NCBI GenBank assembly: GCA_009922585.1
Contig: RFVE01000002.1
Span: forward strand, 1-43,985
Reading direction: 5' to 3'
Length of the DNA stretch: 43,985 bases
Source: Planctomycetia bacterium
GTDB taxonomy: Bacteria; Planctomycetota; Planctomycetia; Pirellulales; UBA1268
A model generated the notes under the pieces. The model was not told the origin of the DNA. It was given only the letters and a program-made list of their open reading frames with translations, and made no database searches. Each line of letters starts with the position of its first letter. The stretch's first letter is position 1. Both the position numbers and the translations under genes were made by a program. Positions 26,432 to 37,637 of the stretch are shown here, piece after piece.

Positions 26432-26714
26432 GACGGTCTACCGCGCTCAGTGACAAGACGAAACCAACCGCCCACATGGAGGCGAGCCTAACCCACCTGA
26501 GGGGACTCGGCAAGCTTGCATGATGCCTCGCTTCCATTGGCTTCTGAGGTATCATCCTGAGGCGGGCTCTATTGAAGTCGGACGAGCGGCTACCTTTTTG
26601 GTGAGCGGTCGCTGGTCGGCCACCCAAGAAAACCAGCCATTGCTTTTCTGAAGTTGGTAAAGCTCCCTGCTGCAGGTCATCTCACCAGGCAGGCAACTAT
26701 TTGTGGAGAAACGA

Positions 26715-27998
26715 ATGCCTGTCAATCCGGCACATGACTCGGAGGCCCTTGCCGCCCACTGCCGGGCAATCGCCGTCCGCAGCCGGGCGGCAGCGATGCA
26801 ACTGGCGACCATTTCAGGAAAATACCGGGCTGCCGCTCTGCGAGCAGCAGCCACCCAGATCAGGACGGACGTAGATGAAATCCTCGCGGCCAACGCCCTG
26901 GACCTTGAAGCCGCCCCCGGCTTCGGCCTGACGGTGGCCGCAACCGATCGGCTGAGACTCGATGCTGATCGCATCGAAGCCATCGCGATCGGCGTCGAGG
27001 CGGTGGCCGACCTGCCCGACCCGCTCAGTGAGGTTATCGAGTCACAGGTCCGACCGAATGGCCTGAAGGTCAGCAAGGTTCGCGTGCCGCTCGGCGTAAT
27101 TTTCTTCATCTACGAGTCGCGGCCCAACGTCACTGCCGACGCTGCTGCGGTGGCGATCGCCTCGGGCAACGCCATCATCCTGCGAGGCGGCAAGGAGGCC
27201 GCCCACTCAAGCAATCGTATCGTGGAGAGCATTCGCCAGGCGATCACTGTCGCTGGCCTGCCGCCTGACTGCATCCAACTGGTCGATTTGGCTGATCGCG
27301 AGGCAGTGGGCGCATTTCTGCAGTTTGACGACCTGATCGACCTTGCCATTCCCCGTGGTGGCGAGCGGCTCATCCGCAGGGTCTGCGCGGAGGCTCGGAT
27401 GCCGGTCCTCAAACACTTCAGCGGAAATTGCCACGTCTACGTCGACAAGGCAGCCGATCTCGCCATGGCCGAAGCCGTCGTGATTGACGCCAAGTGTCAG
27501 CGGATGGGGGTCTGCAACGCAGCTGAGTCACTTTTGGTGCATGCCGATGTCGCGGCTGACTATCTGCCGCAGGTTGCCGCTGGCCTGCAGTCAAGGGGAG
27601 TGGAACTGGTCGGGGACGCAGCGACCCGTGCAATCGTACCGGCCATTGGACCAGCCACTGATCAGGACTTCGCCACTGAATTCCTTGGCCCGAAGCTCTC
27701 CATCGCCGTCGTCCAGTCGCTGGCCGAAGCAGTTGAGCACATCAATCGCTTCGGCTCCCGTCATACCGATGCCATCGTGACGGCCGATGCCGCTGCGGCT
27801 GAACGCTTTGCCGCCGGGGTTGATACGGCCGTGGTGATGGTCAACGCCAGCACCCGCTTCAATGACGGTGGAGAGCTAGGCCTGGGTGCCGAAATCGGCA
27901 TTTCCACCGACAAACTGCACGCCCGCGGCCCCTGCGGTCCCCGCGAACTGACGACCTACAAATACGTCGTCACCGGCAGCGGCCAGACGAAGGGCTGA
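26715..27998 (+). CDS. proA: Glutamate-5-semialdehyde dehydrogenase (gamma-glutamyl phosphate reductase)
   Basis: [117 protein letters not shown]. The track ORF starts at a GTG at 26703. Confidence 0.95.
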   Translation: MPVNPAHDSEALAAHCRAIAVRSRAAAMQLATISGKYRAAALRAAATQIRTDVDEILAANALDLEAAPGFGLTVAATDRLRLDADRIEAIAIGVEAVADLPDPLSEVIESQVRPNGLKVSKVRVPLGVIFFIYESRPNVTADAAAVAIASGNAIILRGGKEAAHSSNRIVESIRQAITVAGLPPDCIQLVDLADREAVGAFLQFDDLIDLAIPRGGERLIRRVCAEARMPVLKHFSGNCHVYVDKAADLAMAEAVVIDAKCQRMGVCNAAESLLVHADVAADYLPQVAAGLQSRGVELVGDAATRAIVPAIGPATDQDFATEFLGPKLSIAVVQSLAEAVEHINRFGSRHTDAIVTADAAAAERFAAGVDTAVVMVNASTRFNDGGELGLGAEIGISTDKLHARGPCGPRELTTYKYVVTGSGQTKG

Positions 27999-28131
27999 CC
28001 GAAGGACGCGTCAGCACCCTGCTGTGTCCTGGTCCAATACCGATTTTCATGGCGGTTCCGAGTGGTATGCTGGGAGACTACTGGAGACGCTCGTTCGGCA
28101 GTCTTGCATTCTCTTCAGGAGGTCAAACCAG

Positions 28132-29274
28132 GTGGCTGAAGCGGCACTCGCGCTCGAGGATGGCACCGTCTATTTTGGTGAGGCGTTCGGCCGCCGGGGC
28201 ACGGTGACCGGTGAGGTCTGCTTCAACACTTCGATGACCGGCTATCAAGAGATTCTGACCGACCCGAGCTACCGGGGTCAGATTCTGACGATGACGGCAC
28301 CGCAGATTGGCAACTACGGGGTGAATTCCGCCGACGTTGAGAGTGGCCAGTTGCAGATGGCGGGCTTTGTCGTTCGGGAAGTGAGCCGGACTGCGAGTAA
28401 CTTCACCGCCACTGGCACGCTGGCAGAGTATCTTGATGCCGCCGGCGTGGTCGGCATCAGTGGTATCGATACCCGGGCCCTCGTTCGCAGGATTCGCATC
28501 CACGGGGCGATGACCGGGGTGCTCTCAAGTGAAATCCTGGATGCCGGCCAACTGGTAACGCTTGCCCGTGAAGCCCCAAAACTCGCCGGCCGTGATCTCG
28601 TTCGCGAGGTGATGCCCAACTCTATCGGTGACTGGTCAGAGCCGCTTGCCGCCGATGCCACGCCGCTGCCACAGCCAACGGAAGGGGGAGACCTGCCGGA
28701 ACATTCGCAGTATGCCGGTACCAAGCATGTTGTCGCCCTCGACTATGGCATGAAATGGAACATTGCCAGACACCTAGCCTCCCGAGGCTGCCGGGTAACG
28801 GTTCTGCCGGGCCGGGCGACTGCGGAAGAGGTGCTGGCCCAGCAGCCTGACGGGGTGTTTCTGAGCAACGGTCCGGGTGACCCGGAAATGGTTGACTACG
28901 GGGTGGCGACCGTTCGAGATTTGGTTGGCAAGCTGCCGATTTTTGGCATCTGCTTGGGGCATCAACTCCTGGCCCAGGCCTGCGGTGCCAAGACCTTCAA
29001 GCTCAAGTTCGGACACCGCGGGGCCAATCAGCCGGTGCTCGACCTGGCGACCGGCAAAGTCGAGATCACCTCGCAGAACCATGGTTTTGCGGTGGATGAA
29101 GAGACGCTGCCCGACTGCCTTGAAGTCACCCATCGCAACCTCAACGACGACACGATAGAAGGCCTCCGGCATCGCACCGCCCCGGCTGCCAGCGTACAGT
29201 ACCATCCCGAGGCTGCTGCCGGTCCTCACGACTCGGCCTATCTCTTCGACCGCTTCCGGCAGATGCTGGGCTGA
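28132..29274 (+). CDS. carA: Carbamoyl-phosphate synthase small (glutaminase) subunit
   Basis: [37 protein letters not shown], catalytic [31 protein letters not shown]. The preferred start is the GTG at 28132, 8 nt downstream of AGGAGG (28118-28123). The track ORF starts at 28024 with non-CarA text. Confidence 0.93.
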   Translation: MAEAALALEDGTVYFGEAFGRRGTVTGEVCFNTSMTGYQEILTDPSYRGQILTMTAPQIGNYGVNSADVESGQLQMAGFVVREVSRTASNFTATGTLAEYLDAAGVVGISGIDTRALVRRIRIHGAMTGVLSSEILDAGQLVTLAREAPKLAGRDLVREVMPNSIGDWSEPLAADATPLPQPTEGGDLPEHSQYAGTKHVVALDYGMKWNIARHLASRGCRVTVLPGRATAEEVLAQQPDGVFLSNGPGDPEMVDYGVATVRDLVGKLPIFGICLGHQLLAQACGAKTFKLKFGHRGANQPVLDLATGKVEITSQNHGFAVDEETLPDCLEVTHRNLNDDTIEGLRHRTAPAASVQYHPEAAAGPHDSAYLFDRFRQMLG

Positions 29275-29348
29275 TGCTCAGGACGAGTTCCCCCAGCCTG
29301 AAGCCCTTCCCAGCCGGAAGCTTTGTTACGAGCCTGCTGCCAGCGCTG

Positions 29349-30334
<986 letters not shown>

Positions 30335-30456
30335 GACTTCTCCCTGCTGACTGACGGGCCGAAGCGGGCGGCGGACAGCCCCACCCGGCAACTTCGGCAT
30401 TTTTCATGAGGCCAGCATGATACCCGGCGAGAGGAATTTGCGGGGCGGGTGTTCAG

Positions 30457-33279
30457 CTACAGCCGCGGCTGCGGCAGCACCTCGAGCACCACCGGCAGCG
30501 AGCACTGCCCCCCATCGGCGTCGGCCTTGAGGTGAAACACCCGTCGGCCGGGCCGGGCGACGGGTGAGGCGGTCAGAGAGAACTCCCGCTCATGTTGCCC
30601 CTCGACGATCAACAGACCGTTGAGGCCGATGTTGTCAACGAAAACACCAAAGGGCAGGTTACGGCCGGCATCCGTATCACGGCCAAATGGGATGCGGCCG
30701 TCAAAGTCATGCCTCGCGGCGACCGCCTTCGCCCGAATCGTTTGCCCGGGCCGGAGCTTCAGCGTCAGCGGTTCCTCTCCATTGGCGGCGTCAGACGGGT
30801 CTGCAGCAACTACCTGAAGGGTTACCTTGGGCGGAGCGGCAAGGCTAATGATGCCCAGATCACCAAATTTCTTTACCGGATCGGCCACCATGATCCCGTG
30901 GCGACCAGTCGGCGCGACCGCAGTTGCCGTCACCTCGACAGCCCGGCTGGCGGCCTCATTGGGAACAGCTGCCTCAGCCGCCGCCGAGAGCACGGCGAAA
31001 GCTCGGAACTGGCCGGCCTCGATCTCGATCGGCCCATGAAAGCTGAAGCCGGGTGGCAGGTTATCAACCTCGATCCGAATTGGCCCGTCATAGCCCTCAA
31101 CGCGGCTGGCGGTGAAGACAAGTTCCCGGCCGCTTCCGGGACTGACTTTGGGGTCTTTGCCGCCCACCGCGACGCTAAACGATGGCCGTGGCGACCGGAT
31201 GGTCAGCGTGTAGTGAAAGTTCGACTGCTCAGCCGAGGCCCCAAAGCCCCGCGTGTCAGTGACGCGGACGACATACTCGCCGTCAGCCGGCGGTGTGAAA
31301 ATCAGCTGTGAGTCGCTGCCCAGCCGTCGCTGGGGTTCGTCGTCGTTCTCCCAATAGACGGGGAAGACTGGCAACCCGTTGGGCACCGGATCGCTCCCCA
31401 CTGGCAGCGGCCGGACGATCCAGGCCGGCTCCCCAAGGGCGTGGGTGACCGCCGTGGTGCCAAAGAACGTGTGCCGGTTGCCAAAGCCTGGATAGACCTC
31501 AAAGCCCGAGTCAGGCCCCCGCGGATAGAACCAGAGCCGTACCGCCTCGCCACCGGCAAAGAGGTATTCATCGAGCTCCATCTCCCGCCAGTTATGGACT
31601 CGGAAGTCTCCCGACTGGGTTGAGTTCTTGCCCCGAAATGTCAGCCAGGAATCACGGGTGGCCTGCAGTAGCAGCCGTTCGATCGGCCGGCCGGCGGCAT
31701 CGAGCACTTCGATCTTCGAGTCGAGCAGCGACTTCGACCGAGCGGCATTCACCTCAAGCAGCACCGGCACCCCCGCCCGGCCCGTAAACCGATAGCAGTC
31801 GGCATCCTGGGGATGGCCAATGGTGCCCGTGATGTTGGCTGGCCAGCTGACTGCCTCAGCGGCGGCCGGCTGGTCATTCGGCTCAGACTCGGTGTGGGTC
31901 GCCAGCTCGGTGGACGGCTCGGTCTCGGCGGCAGCCGTCTTTGCCTGGGCCGGCTGCGTTGCTCGCTGTACCAGGGCTGAGTCGGTTGTAATGGCCAGCA
32001 CATCAAGGCTGCCATCCATCCGGCCCAGCAGCAGCTGGCTGCCCATGGGCTCAATCGCCGTCACCACATCACTCTGGGCCGGGTAGACCTGCTCGATGAC
32101 GAGCTCAGGCAGGCTCCAGCCGGTCAGGGTGCGATCCTCGGCGGTGCTCAGCAGATGGTTGCCATCAGCGGAAATGGCGATTGCCGTCACCGGGCTCTCG
32201 TGGGCAAAACGCGAGAAGACCACTGGGTTGATTGCCGGCTCGGTCACCGAGACCAGTTCCCAGACATGAATTCGCTTGTCACGGCCTGCGGCCAGCACCC
32301 GGTCGCCAGTTGGGGAGAACAGCACCCGGTAGACCTCCGCCTGCGGCTGCGACAGCGTGTCGAGCCGCAACCCATCGGCAGCCCGCCAGAGCTTCACCGT
32401 CTCATCAGCACTGGCCGAAGCCAGCAGCCCACCGCTGGGGTGCCAGGCCAGATCGAAGACAGCGCCGTTGTGGACGGTGTTTTCCCAGTGCAGGCTGCCG
32501 TCGGCCACCCGCCAGACTTTCACCGCCGTGTCATAGCCAGCGGTCGCCAGCAGGCTGCCATCGGGGGAGAGCTCCGCGTCATAGAGGAGATCGCGGTGGC
32601 CCTCGAATCTTTTGAGCAATTCGCCTGTGGCGGCATCCCGCAGTTCGGCCAGACCGAACAGCCCCGGCAGGCCGCCGGCAAGCACCAGCCGTTTTCCGGT
32701 CGCATCAAAATGCACCGCCGTGACCTTGCCAGGCAGATCCGAAATTGTCTGGGCTGCCGACAGCTGCAGCTGCCCCGCTGGGTCTCGGGGAATCAGCTCG
32801 AGGCTGCGGCCCCGGGCCACGGCCAGCCGGTCACCGGTCGGCGAGACCGCCACCGCCGTGATCGGCTTGCGGCCGGGATAGTGGGGCAGGGCGGGTACGG
32901 CCAGCGTGGTGAGGATCGAGCGGTCCTCAGCCGGCCCCGGGGCTCCGGCGGCAATCCAGGCCTCGATCGCGGCGACTGCCTCAGCCGGCAGCTGCGGCTC
33001 TTCGAGTGGAGGCATGTGGTCGGAGTCGGTGCTGCGAATCCGTTCAATCATCACCGAGCCGTCGATGTTGCCGGGGCTGACCGGGTCGCCGGAAAACTCA
33101 CCCCCCCGCCGAAACGAGGCAAAGGTTTCCACCGACAGGCCACCCTCGGCGTCACGGTCGTTGTGGCAGCCGGCACAGTACGTCCGCAGCAGCGGAGTGA
33201 TGTCGTGCTCGTAGGAGGGGGCCGCGAAGGCCGGCACCGCACAAACCAGCAGGAAGCTGATGAACAGTCGATCAATCAT
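30457..33279 (-). CDS. PSCyt1 (planctomycete cytochrome c) domain - WD40 repeat - C-terminal beta-rich domains protein
   Basis: Signal peptide MIDRLFISFLLVCAVPAFA, a haem motif in ITPLLRTYCAGCHN, ...DHMPP, then WD40-like repeats (TAVKVWRV, ETVKLWRA, KRIHVWEL) and a long C-terminal region. The track ORF extends to 33336. Confidence 0.88.
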   Translation of the reverse strand: MIDRLFISFLLVCAVPAFAAPSYEHDITPLLRTYCAGCHNDRDAEGGLSVETFASFRRGGEFSGDPVSPGNIDGSVMIERIRSTDSDHMPPLEEPQLPAEAVAAIEAWIAAGAPGPAEDRSILTTLAVPALPHYPGRKPITAVAVSPTGDRLAVARGRSLELIPRDPAGQLQLSAAQTISDLPGKVTAVHFDATGKRLVLAGGLPGLFGLAELRDAATGELLKRFEGHRDLLYDAELSPDGSLLATAGYDTAVKVWRVADGSLHWENTVHNGAVFDLAWHPSGGLLASASADETVKLWRAADGLRLDTLSQPQAEVYRVLFSPTGDRVLAAGRDKRIHVWELVSVTEPAINPVVFSRFAHESPVTAIAISADGNHLLSTAEDRTLTGWSLPELVIEQVYPAQSDVVTAIEPMGSQLLLGRMDGSLDVLAITTDSALVQRATQPAQAKTAAAETEPSTELATHTESEPNDQPAAAEAVSWPANITGTIGHPQDADCYRFTGRAGVPVLLEVNAARSKSLLDSKIEVLDAAGRPIERLLLQATRDSWLTFRGKNSTQSGDFRVHNWREMELDEYLFAGGEAVRLWFYPRGPDSGFEVYPGFGNRHTFFGTTAVTHALGEPAWIVRPLPVGSDPVPNGLPVFPVYWENDDEPQRRLGSDSQLIFTPPADGEYVVRVTDTRGFGASAEQSNFHYTLTIRSPRPSFSVAVGGKDPKVSPGSGRELVFTASRVEGYDGPIRIEVDNLPPGFSFHGPIEIEAGQFRAFAVLSAAAEAAVPNEAASRAVEVTATAVAPTGRHGIMVADPVKKFGDLGIISLAAPPKVTLQVVAADPSDAANGEEPLTLKLRPGQTIRAKAVAARHDFDGRIPFGRDTDAGRNLPFGVFVDNIGLNGLLIVEGQHEREFSLTASPVARPGRRVFHLKADADGGQCSLPVVLEVLPQPRL

Positions 33280-33382
33280 GAACAGCCTCGTGTTGAAAAA
33301 ACTGATAACGCCGATTCGGGAGTGGAAACCACGCATCCCCGCTTTCTCAGTGGAGCTTCTTTACGGAATCGAATAGGTGAGG

Positions 33383-33513
33383 GTCGTTGCCCATGCCAAT
33401 CGAGCGGCGTTGGAAACTGAGCGGAGCCGGGATGGCGAAGCGAAGTTTCCGTCGAGTGAGTGAAGGACAGGATGTCCGGAACGAACGTCCGGCGAGATGG
33501 CATGGGCAATGAC
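33383..33513. other. 131-nt element closed by a 16-bp inverted repeat with two internal hairpins (candidate structured RNA or MITE-like element)
   Basis: The left arm gtcgttgcccatgcca (33383-33398) pairs with the right arm tggcatgggcaatgac (33498-33513). This gives 12 perfect bp plus 3 more across one position that is G-U on a plus-strand RNA and C-A on a minus-strand RNA. Internal hairpins are ggaaact(33412-33418)/agtttcc(33444-33450) and ccgga(33476-33480)/tccgg(33488-33492). Confidence 0.5.
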
Positions 33514-33586
33514 CCGACGTGCTCGGAAACAACTCACGATATTCCCCAAAAACCACCAAAGGAAGAAGCGTCGAATTCGAACTTGA

Positions 33587-33880
33587 GTCTGCACTTGAAA
33601 CCTGGCACGGCACGACGCCGTGCCCCAAGCCTGCGGAGGCCAGGGTCTGCACCCGCATACCAACCTCATTCTCACCTGGCACGGCACGACGCCGTGCCCC
33701 AGGCCTGCGGGGGCCATGGTCTGCACCCGCATACTAACCTCATTCTCACCCGGCACGGCACGAGGCCGTGCCCTAAGCCTGCGGGGGCCAGGGTCTGCAC
33801 CCGCATACCAACCTCATTCTCACCCGGCACGGCACGAGGCCGTGCCCTAAGCCTGCGGGGGCCAGGGATGGCCCCGCAGG
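33587..33880. repeat. Tandem 74-bp repeat, about 3.6 copies, each unit carrying two GC-rich hairpins
   Basis: Units occupy 33601-33674, 33675-33748 and 33749-33822, with a partial unit at 33823-33867 and a partial leader from 33587. Each unit holds the hairpin ggcacggc-acgaN-gccgtgcc and a second stem tgcggg...cccgca. Because 74 is not a multiple of 3, the track ORFs across it (MPGENEV...) rotate frame and are non-coding. Confidence 0.95.
33852..33880 (-). terminator. GC-rich hairpin 8 nt downstream of the PSD gene stop (possible intrinsic terminator without a U-tract)
   Basis: cctgcgggggcc / agggat / ggccccgcagg forms an 11-bp stem with one bulged G. It is the modified last unit of the 74-bp array. 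No T-run follows on the minus strand, so terminator function is an inference. Confidence 0.4.
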
Positions 33881-33887
33881 CGTAAAA

Positions 33888-36137
33888 CTAGTGCCGGAAC
33901 AAAAACTCCCGACTCGTCAGCAACGACCAATAGAGGTCTTCCACCAGTTCACGCCGCTGGGCAGATTCGGCCTCTTGAAGCATTTCAACAAACTGCTTTT
34001 TCTCCGCCTCCCGCGGCGGGCGGCTCAAGGTTCGCAGCCAGGCTTCCTCGACAATCGCCTCGGGTTTCGGGTCGGTGGCAAGAAGCTGCGTCACCCAGCC
34101 CGCCTTGGCCGCCAGTTTGTCGTTGACGGTCGTGCCATTGGCCAGATGCAGTACCTGCACGAGACTCGGTTGATTCGACCGCTCACACTCGCAGGTAATC
34201 TCACGCGTGTTGCGGCCGAACGTCTTGAGGAAATAGTTCTTTACTGCCGAATCAGCGAGTTCGAGGGCCCGGGTGCCGGCCTCATAGCCGTCCACTTTTT
34301 GTGTTGATCCGTCTGACAACACGATCTCGGTGTAGCTATCCCGCACGCCGGTGACATCACTGATGGCGTCAGCCAAAACTTCGGCCATCAACCGCTTGGG
34401 ATACGTGCGGGCAAACCATTTGGTATCGGCCTGATTGGTCGGCAGCGGCTCACTCGACCGCCGATAGGTCTCCGACAAGAGGATCAGCCGCATCAGCGAC
34501 TTGAGGTCATAGCCATGCTCAACCGTAAAGTCGCAAAGAGCTGCGAGCAGAGGCTCGTTGCTGGCCGGATTACTTGCCCGCATGTCATCGACCGGGTTGA
34601 CCAGGCCAATACCAAAGAAGTTGGCCCAGACCCGGTTGACGATTGAGCGGGTGAAGGAGGAATTGCCCGGATCGGTCAACCAGGCAGCCAAGGCATGCCG
34701 CCGGTCGTCCGGGGCGGTCGGGTCAAGCGGCTCGCCATCAAGCGGCGCCGGTGGCTGGGGTTTTCCGGTTCGTGGCTGCAGCAGATCGCCGCGGGTCGTC
34801 ACGAAGACTGTTCGTTTGCCGTCACCATTACGGGCATCCCCTCCCCAGCCCTTTGCCCGCACTCGGGCAAAGAGATTGGCGAAGGCGTAGTACTGGTCGT
34901 TGGTCCATTTCTCGAGCGGATGGTTGTGGCACTTTGCACAGTTAATCGATAGCGACAGAAACGCCTGACTGACATTCTCGGCCATCGTCTCGGGGTCCTG
35001 ATGAACCGCAAAGAAGTTGGTTGCCCCGTTCTCTGTACTTGAGCCGGTGGCGGTGACCACCCGCCGCACCATCTCGTCCCAGGGCGTGTTCTCGGCAACG
35101 CGGTCGCGAATCCACGTTGCATAAGCCTGCACGGCGGCGGGCCGCAGCTTCCTGCCGGTCACCAGAAAGACATCGCTCCAGCGATACGTCCAATAGTCGA
35201 CAAACTCCGGCCGGGCCAGCAGCAGGTCGACCAGCCGCCGACGCTTCTGCGGTGCATGATCAGCCAGATAGTCACGAACCTCCTCCGCCGTCGGCAGCCG
35301 CCCGATGGTGTCGAGAAAGGCCCGCCGGATGAAGGTGGCGTCATCGCAGGCAGGTCCTGGCTCCAGCCGCAGCTGTGCAAGCTGCTGCAGCACATGGTCG
35401 TCGATCAGGTTGGCCCGGGGAGCCGCCGCGAAAACGGCTGCTTCAATCTCGTGCTCAAACGGTGCGACGACGCGGGCTACGGCAATCTGCGAGGAATACC
35501 AGGCCGTCACCGCCCCGGCCCCGTGGCCAATCAGCTCCGCTTGACCATCCGCAGTGACCGTTGCAACTGTGGCATCCGTTGAGGTGAACCTGGACCAGTG
35601 AGTCACGTCGCGGGTTGAGCCATCGCTGTAGCGAGCGGTGACCTGAAAGGTGACCGTATCACCCTTTGTTGCAACCGCCTCGGCCGGCTCCATTGCAATT
35701 CCCACCAGCGTCTTTTCGCCCGACTGCGGTCCCGGACAGCCAGCGGCGATCCAGGCGGCCAGCAGGTTGTAGTCGTCGCCCTCAAGGTCAAGCCGCTTCC
35801 CGCCTTTGTGGGCGACGGCCGTGGTCGGTTTGGTCAGCAGGAGGCTGGCACCAGGCTCGGAAAAGTCGATCCGCCGGCCCCGGGCATCCCGGGTGATCGT
35901 CAGGTAGTCACTCGCCGGGTCATAGCCGAACAGGGACAGACGGAATCCCCCCTTCCCAGCAAGAGCCCCATGGCAGCCACCGCCGTTGCAGCCCGCTTTG
36001 GACAGAATCGGAATGACATCGAGGTTGAAGCTGACGGGACGGACTGCCTGCTCGGCCCGACCAATGGCGGGCGACAGGCCGACCAGCCAGATCGTGACCA
36101 GAACGCAGAGCAGGCGAATGCAGTGGTTGCGAATCAT
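33888..36137 (-). CDS. PSD-type protein (PSCyt2 / DUF1549 / DUF1553 architecture)
   Basis: Signal peptide MIRNHCIRLLCVLVTIWLVGLSPAIGRA, CNGGGCHGALAGKGGFRLSLFGYDP, a Big_2-like VTFQVTARYSDGSTRDVT, DUF1549 text FIRRAFLDTIGRLPTAEEV...LLARPEFVDYWTYRWSDVF, CAKCHNHPLEKWTNDQYYAFANLFARV, and DUF1553-like C-terminal text. The preferred start is the ATG at 36137. The track ORF extends to 36434, into the upstream gene. Confidence 0.9.
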   Translation of the reverse strand: MIRNHCIRLLCVLVTIWLVGLSPAIGRAEQAVRPVSFNLDVIPILSKAGCNGGGCHGALAGKGGFRLSLFGYDPASDYLTITRDARGRRIDFSEPGASLLLTKPTTAVAHKGGKRLDLEGDDYNLLAAWIAAGCPGPQSGEKTLVGIAMEPAEAVATKGDTVTFQVTARYSDGSTRDVTHWSRFTSTDATVATVTADGQAELIGHGAGAVTAWYSSQIAVARVVAPFEHEIEAAVFAAAPRANLIDDHVLQQLAQLRLEPGPACDDATFIRRAFLDTIGRLPTAEEVRDYLADHAPQKRRRLVDLLLARPEFVDYWTYRWSDVFLVTGRKLRPAAVQAYATWIRDRVAENTPWDEMVRRVVTATGSSTENGATNFFAVHQDPETMAENVSQAFLSLSINCAKCHNHPLEKWTNDQYYAFANLFARVRAKGWGGDARNGDGKRTVFVTTRGDLLQPRTGKPQPPAPLDGEPLDPTAPDDRRHALAAWLTDPGNSSFTRSIVNRVWANFFGIGLVNPVDDMRASNPASNEPLLAALCDFTVEHGYDLKSLMRLILLSETYRRSSEPLPTNQADTKWFARTYPKRLMAEVLADAISDVTGVRDSYTEIVLSDGSTQKVDGYEAGTRALELADSAVKNYFLKTFGRNTREITCECERSNQPSLVQVLHLANGTTVNDKLAAKAGWVTQLLATDPKPEAIVEEAWLRTLSRPPREAEKKQFVEMLQEAESAQRRELVEDLYWSLLTSREFLFRH

Positions 36138-36180
36138 GAAACAAACAGCTCCCGGCGAGAACCCCCGGGACAAATTCCCT

Positions 36181-37566
36181 TCAGGTGAAAAGCTCGTGGA
36201 TCGGCTCAGTGCCAAAGTCGGTGAGCGCGAAAGGGCGGCCGGCCGGCCCCGGCAAGTGGTCGGTATGGTCCAGGCCGAGGCTGTGAAAGATCGTGGCAAC
36301 AAGGTCCCCGGGCCCGACCGGCCGTTCGGCCGGAAAGCCACCGATGGTGTCGCTGGCCCCAACAACTTGTCCGCCTTGCACGCCGCCGCCGGCGAATGAG
36401 CAGGTGAAGCACTGCGGCCAGTGGTCACGACCACCGGCGGGGTTCACTTTCGGCGTACGGCCAAACTCTGACAATCCGGCAACCAAGGTATCGTCGAGCA
36501 TGCCCCGCTGGGCCAGGTCTTCAATCAACGCTGAGTAGGCCTGGTCATACATCGGGCAGACGATCTCCTTCATGCCGGCGATTGAAGTGAACGGCTTCGA
36601 ACCATGAATGTCCCAGGTGGTCTCACCGAAGACTGTGAGGAAGGTGTTGATCGTAATGAACCGTACGCCGCTTTCGACGAGCCGGCGGGCGAGCAGGCAG
36701 CACTGGCCGAAGCGATTCATGCCATACCGCTCACGAATGGCCATGGGCTCTTTCGAAAGGTCAAAGGCCTCGCGGGCCTGAGTGCTGGTCATCAGCCGAT
36801 AGGCCGAATGGAAGTTTTCATCGAGCAACCGGGCGTCTTCGCTGGCTTCGAAAGCCTTGGTGGCCTCCTCAACGAGAGACCGCATCTTCCTCCGCCGATC
36901 AAGCCGGGCGACGCTGATCTGGTCGGGTGGCAGTAGATCGGGCACCCGGAACTTTGGCTGCGAGGGGTCGGCCATCAGGGCAAAGGGATCATGCGCTTTG
37001 CCCAGAAAACCACCGGCTTGGCCGTTGGGCAGGTTTCCGCCGCCGCGGCCCATCAGTTCCGGCAGCACCACAAAGGCCGGCAGGTCACTCCGCCGACCAA
37101 GCAGATAAGCGGTCACGCTACCGGCGTGCGGCGTTTGCACTCCACCGGAAAAACGCCGACCGGTTTGGAGCATCTGCCAACCGGCATCGTGAACCGCCGC
37201 ACCATCGTGCCGACAGGACCGCACCAGCGAGAATCGATCAGCCACCGCAGCGTGCTTGGGCAACAGCTCTGATAGCTCAAAGGCATCCGACTTGGTGCGG
37301 ATCGGCTGAAAGGGACCACGAATCTCAGACGGTGCATCGGGCTTCATGTCCCAGAGGTCGATGTGGCTCGGCCCACCAAGATTGAAGATCATGATGCACG
37401 AGCGGTCCTCGCAGCCGGGCCGAACCTTCCCCTCAGCTGCGGCCCGTGCATACTGCGGAAGCGACAGCCCGACCGCCGCCAAGCTTCCAACCTGCAAAAA
37501 GTCGCGGCGAGATGGACCCGGCCCGCAGAGAAGGGCTCGGTCGCGGGGACTGCGGAATTCAAACAT
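36181..37566 (-). CDS. DUF1501 (sulfatase-like) protein with twin-arginine signal
   Basis: Tat-like SRRDFLQVGSLAAVGLSL, IMIFNLGGPSHIDLWDMKPDAP, HDAGWQ, LSEFGRTPKVNPAGGRDHWPQCF. The preferred start is the ATG at 37566. The track ORF extends to 37827. Confidence 0.9.
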   Translation of the reverse strand: MFEFRSPRDRALLCGPGPSRRDFLQVGSLAAVGLSLPQYARAAAEGKVRPGCEDRSCIMIFNLGGPSHIDLWDMKPDAPSEIRGPFQPIRTKSDAFELSELLPKHAAVADRFSLVRSCRHDGAAVHDAGWQMLQTGRRFSGGVQTPHAGSVTAYLLGRRSDLPAFVVLPELMGRGGGNLPNGQAGGFLGKAHDPFALMADPSQPKFRVPDLLPPDQISVARLDRRRKMRSLVEEATKAFEASEDARLLDENFHSAYRLMTSTQAREAFDLSKEPMAIRERYGMNRFGQCCLLARRLVESGVRFITINTFLTVFGETTWDIHGSKPFTSIAGMKEIVCPMYDQAYSALIEDLAQRGMLDDTLVAGLSEFGRTPKVNPAGGRDHWPQCFTCSFAGGGVQGGQVVGASDTIGGFPAERPVGPGDLVATIFHSLGLDHTDHLPGPAGRPFALTDFGTEPIHELFT

Positions 37567-37637
37567 CTCATGCTCCCAAGAGCGGAATCGACCCAGGCCT
37601 TTCCCGGCAGGCACACACACGGGAAGGCCGCCTACTA

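Noticed and set aside
33587-33880. Possible CRISPR array
   Set aside because: The 74-bp units are directly adjacent with no unique spacers, the unit is far longer than CRISPR repeats, and there are no cas genes in the window.
33347-33885. Several 70-140-aa ORFs on both strands across 33347-33885 (MPGENEV..., ...HGTTPCPKPA...)
   Set aside because: They are produced by the 74-bp tandem repeat. The period is not a multiple of 3, so the same DNA is read in rotating frames. This behaviour is non-coding.
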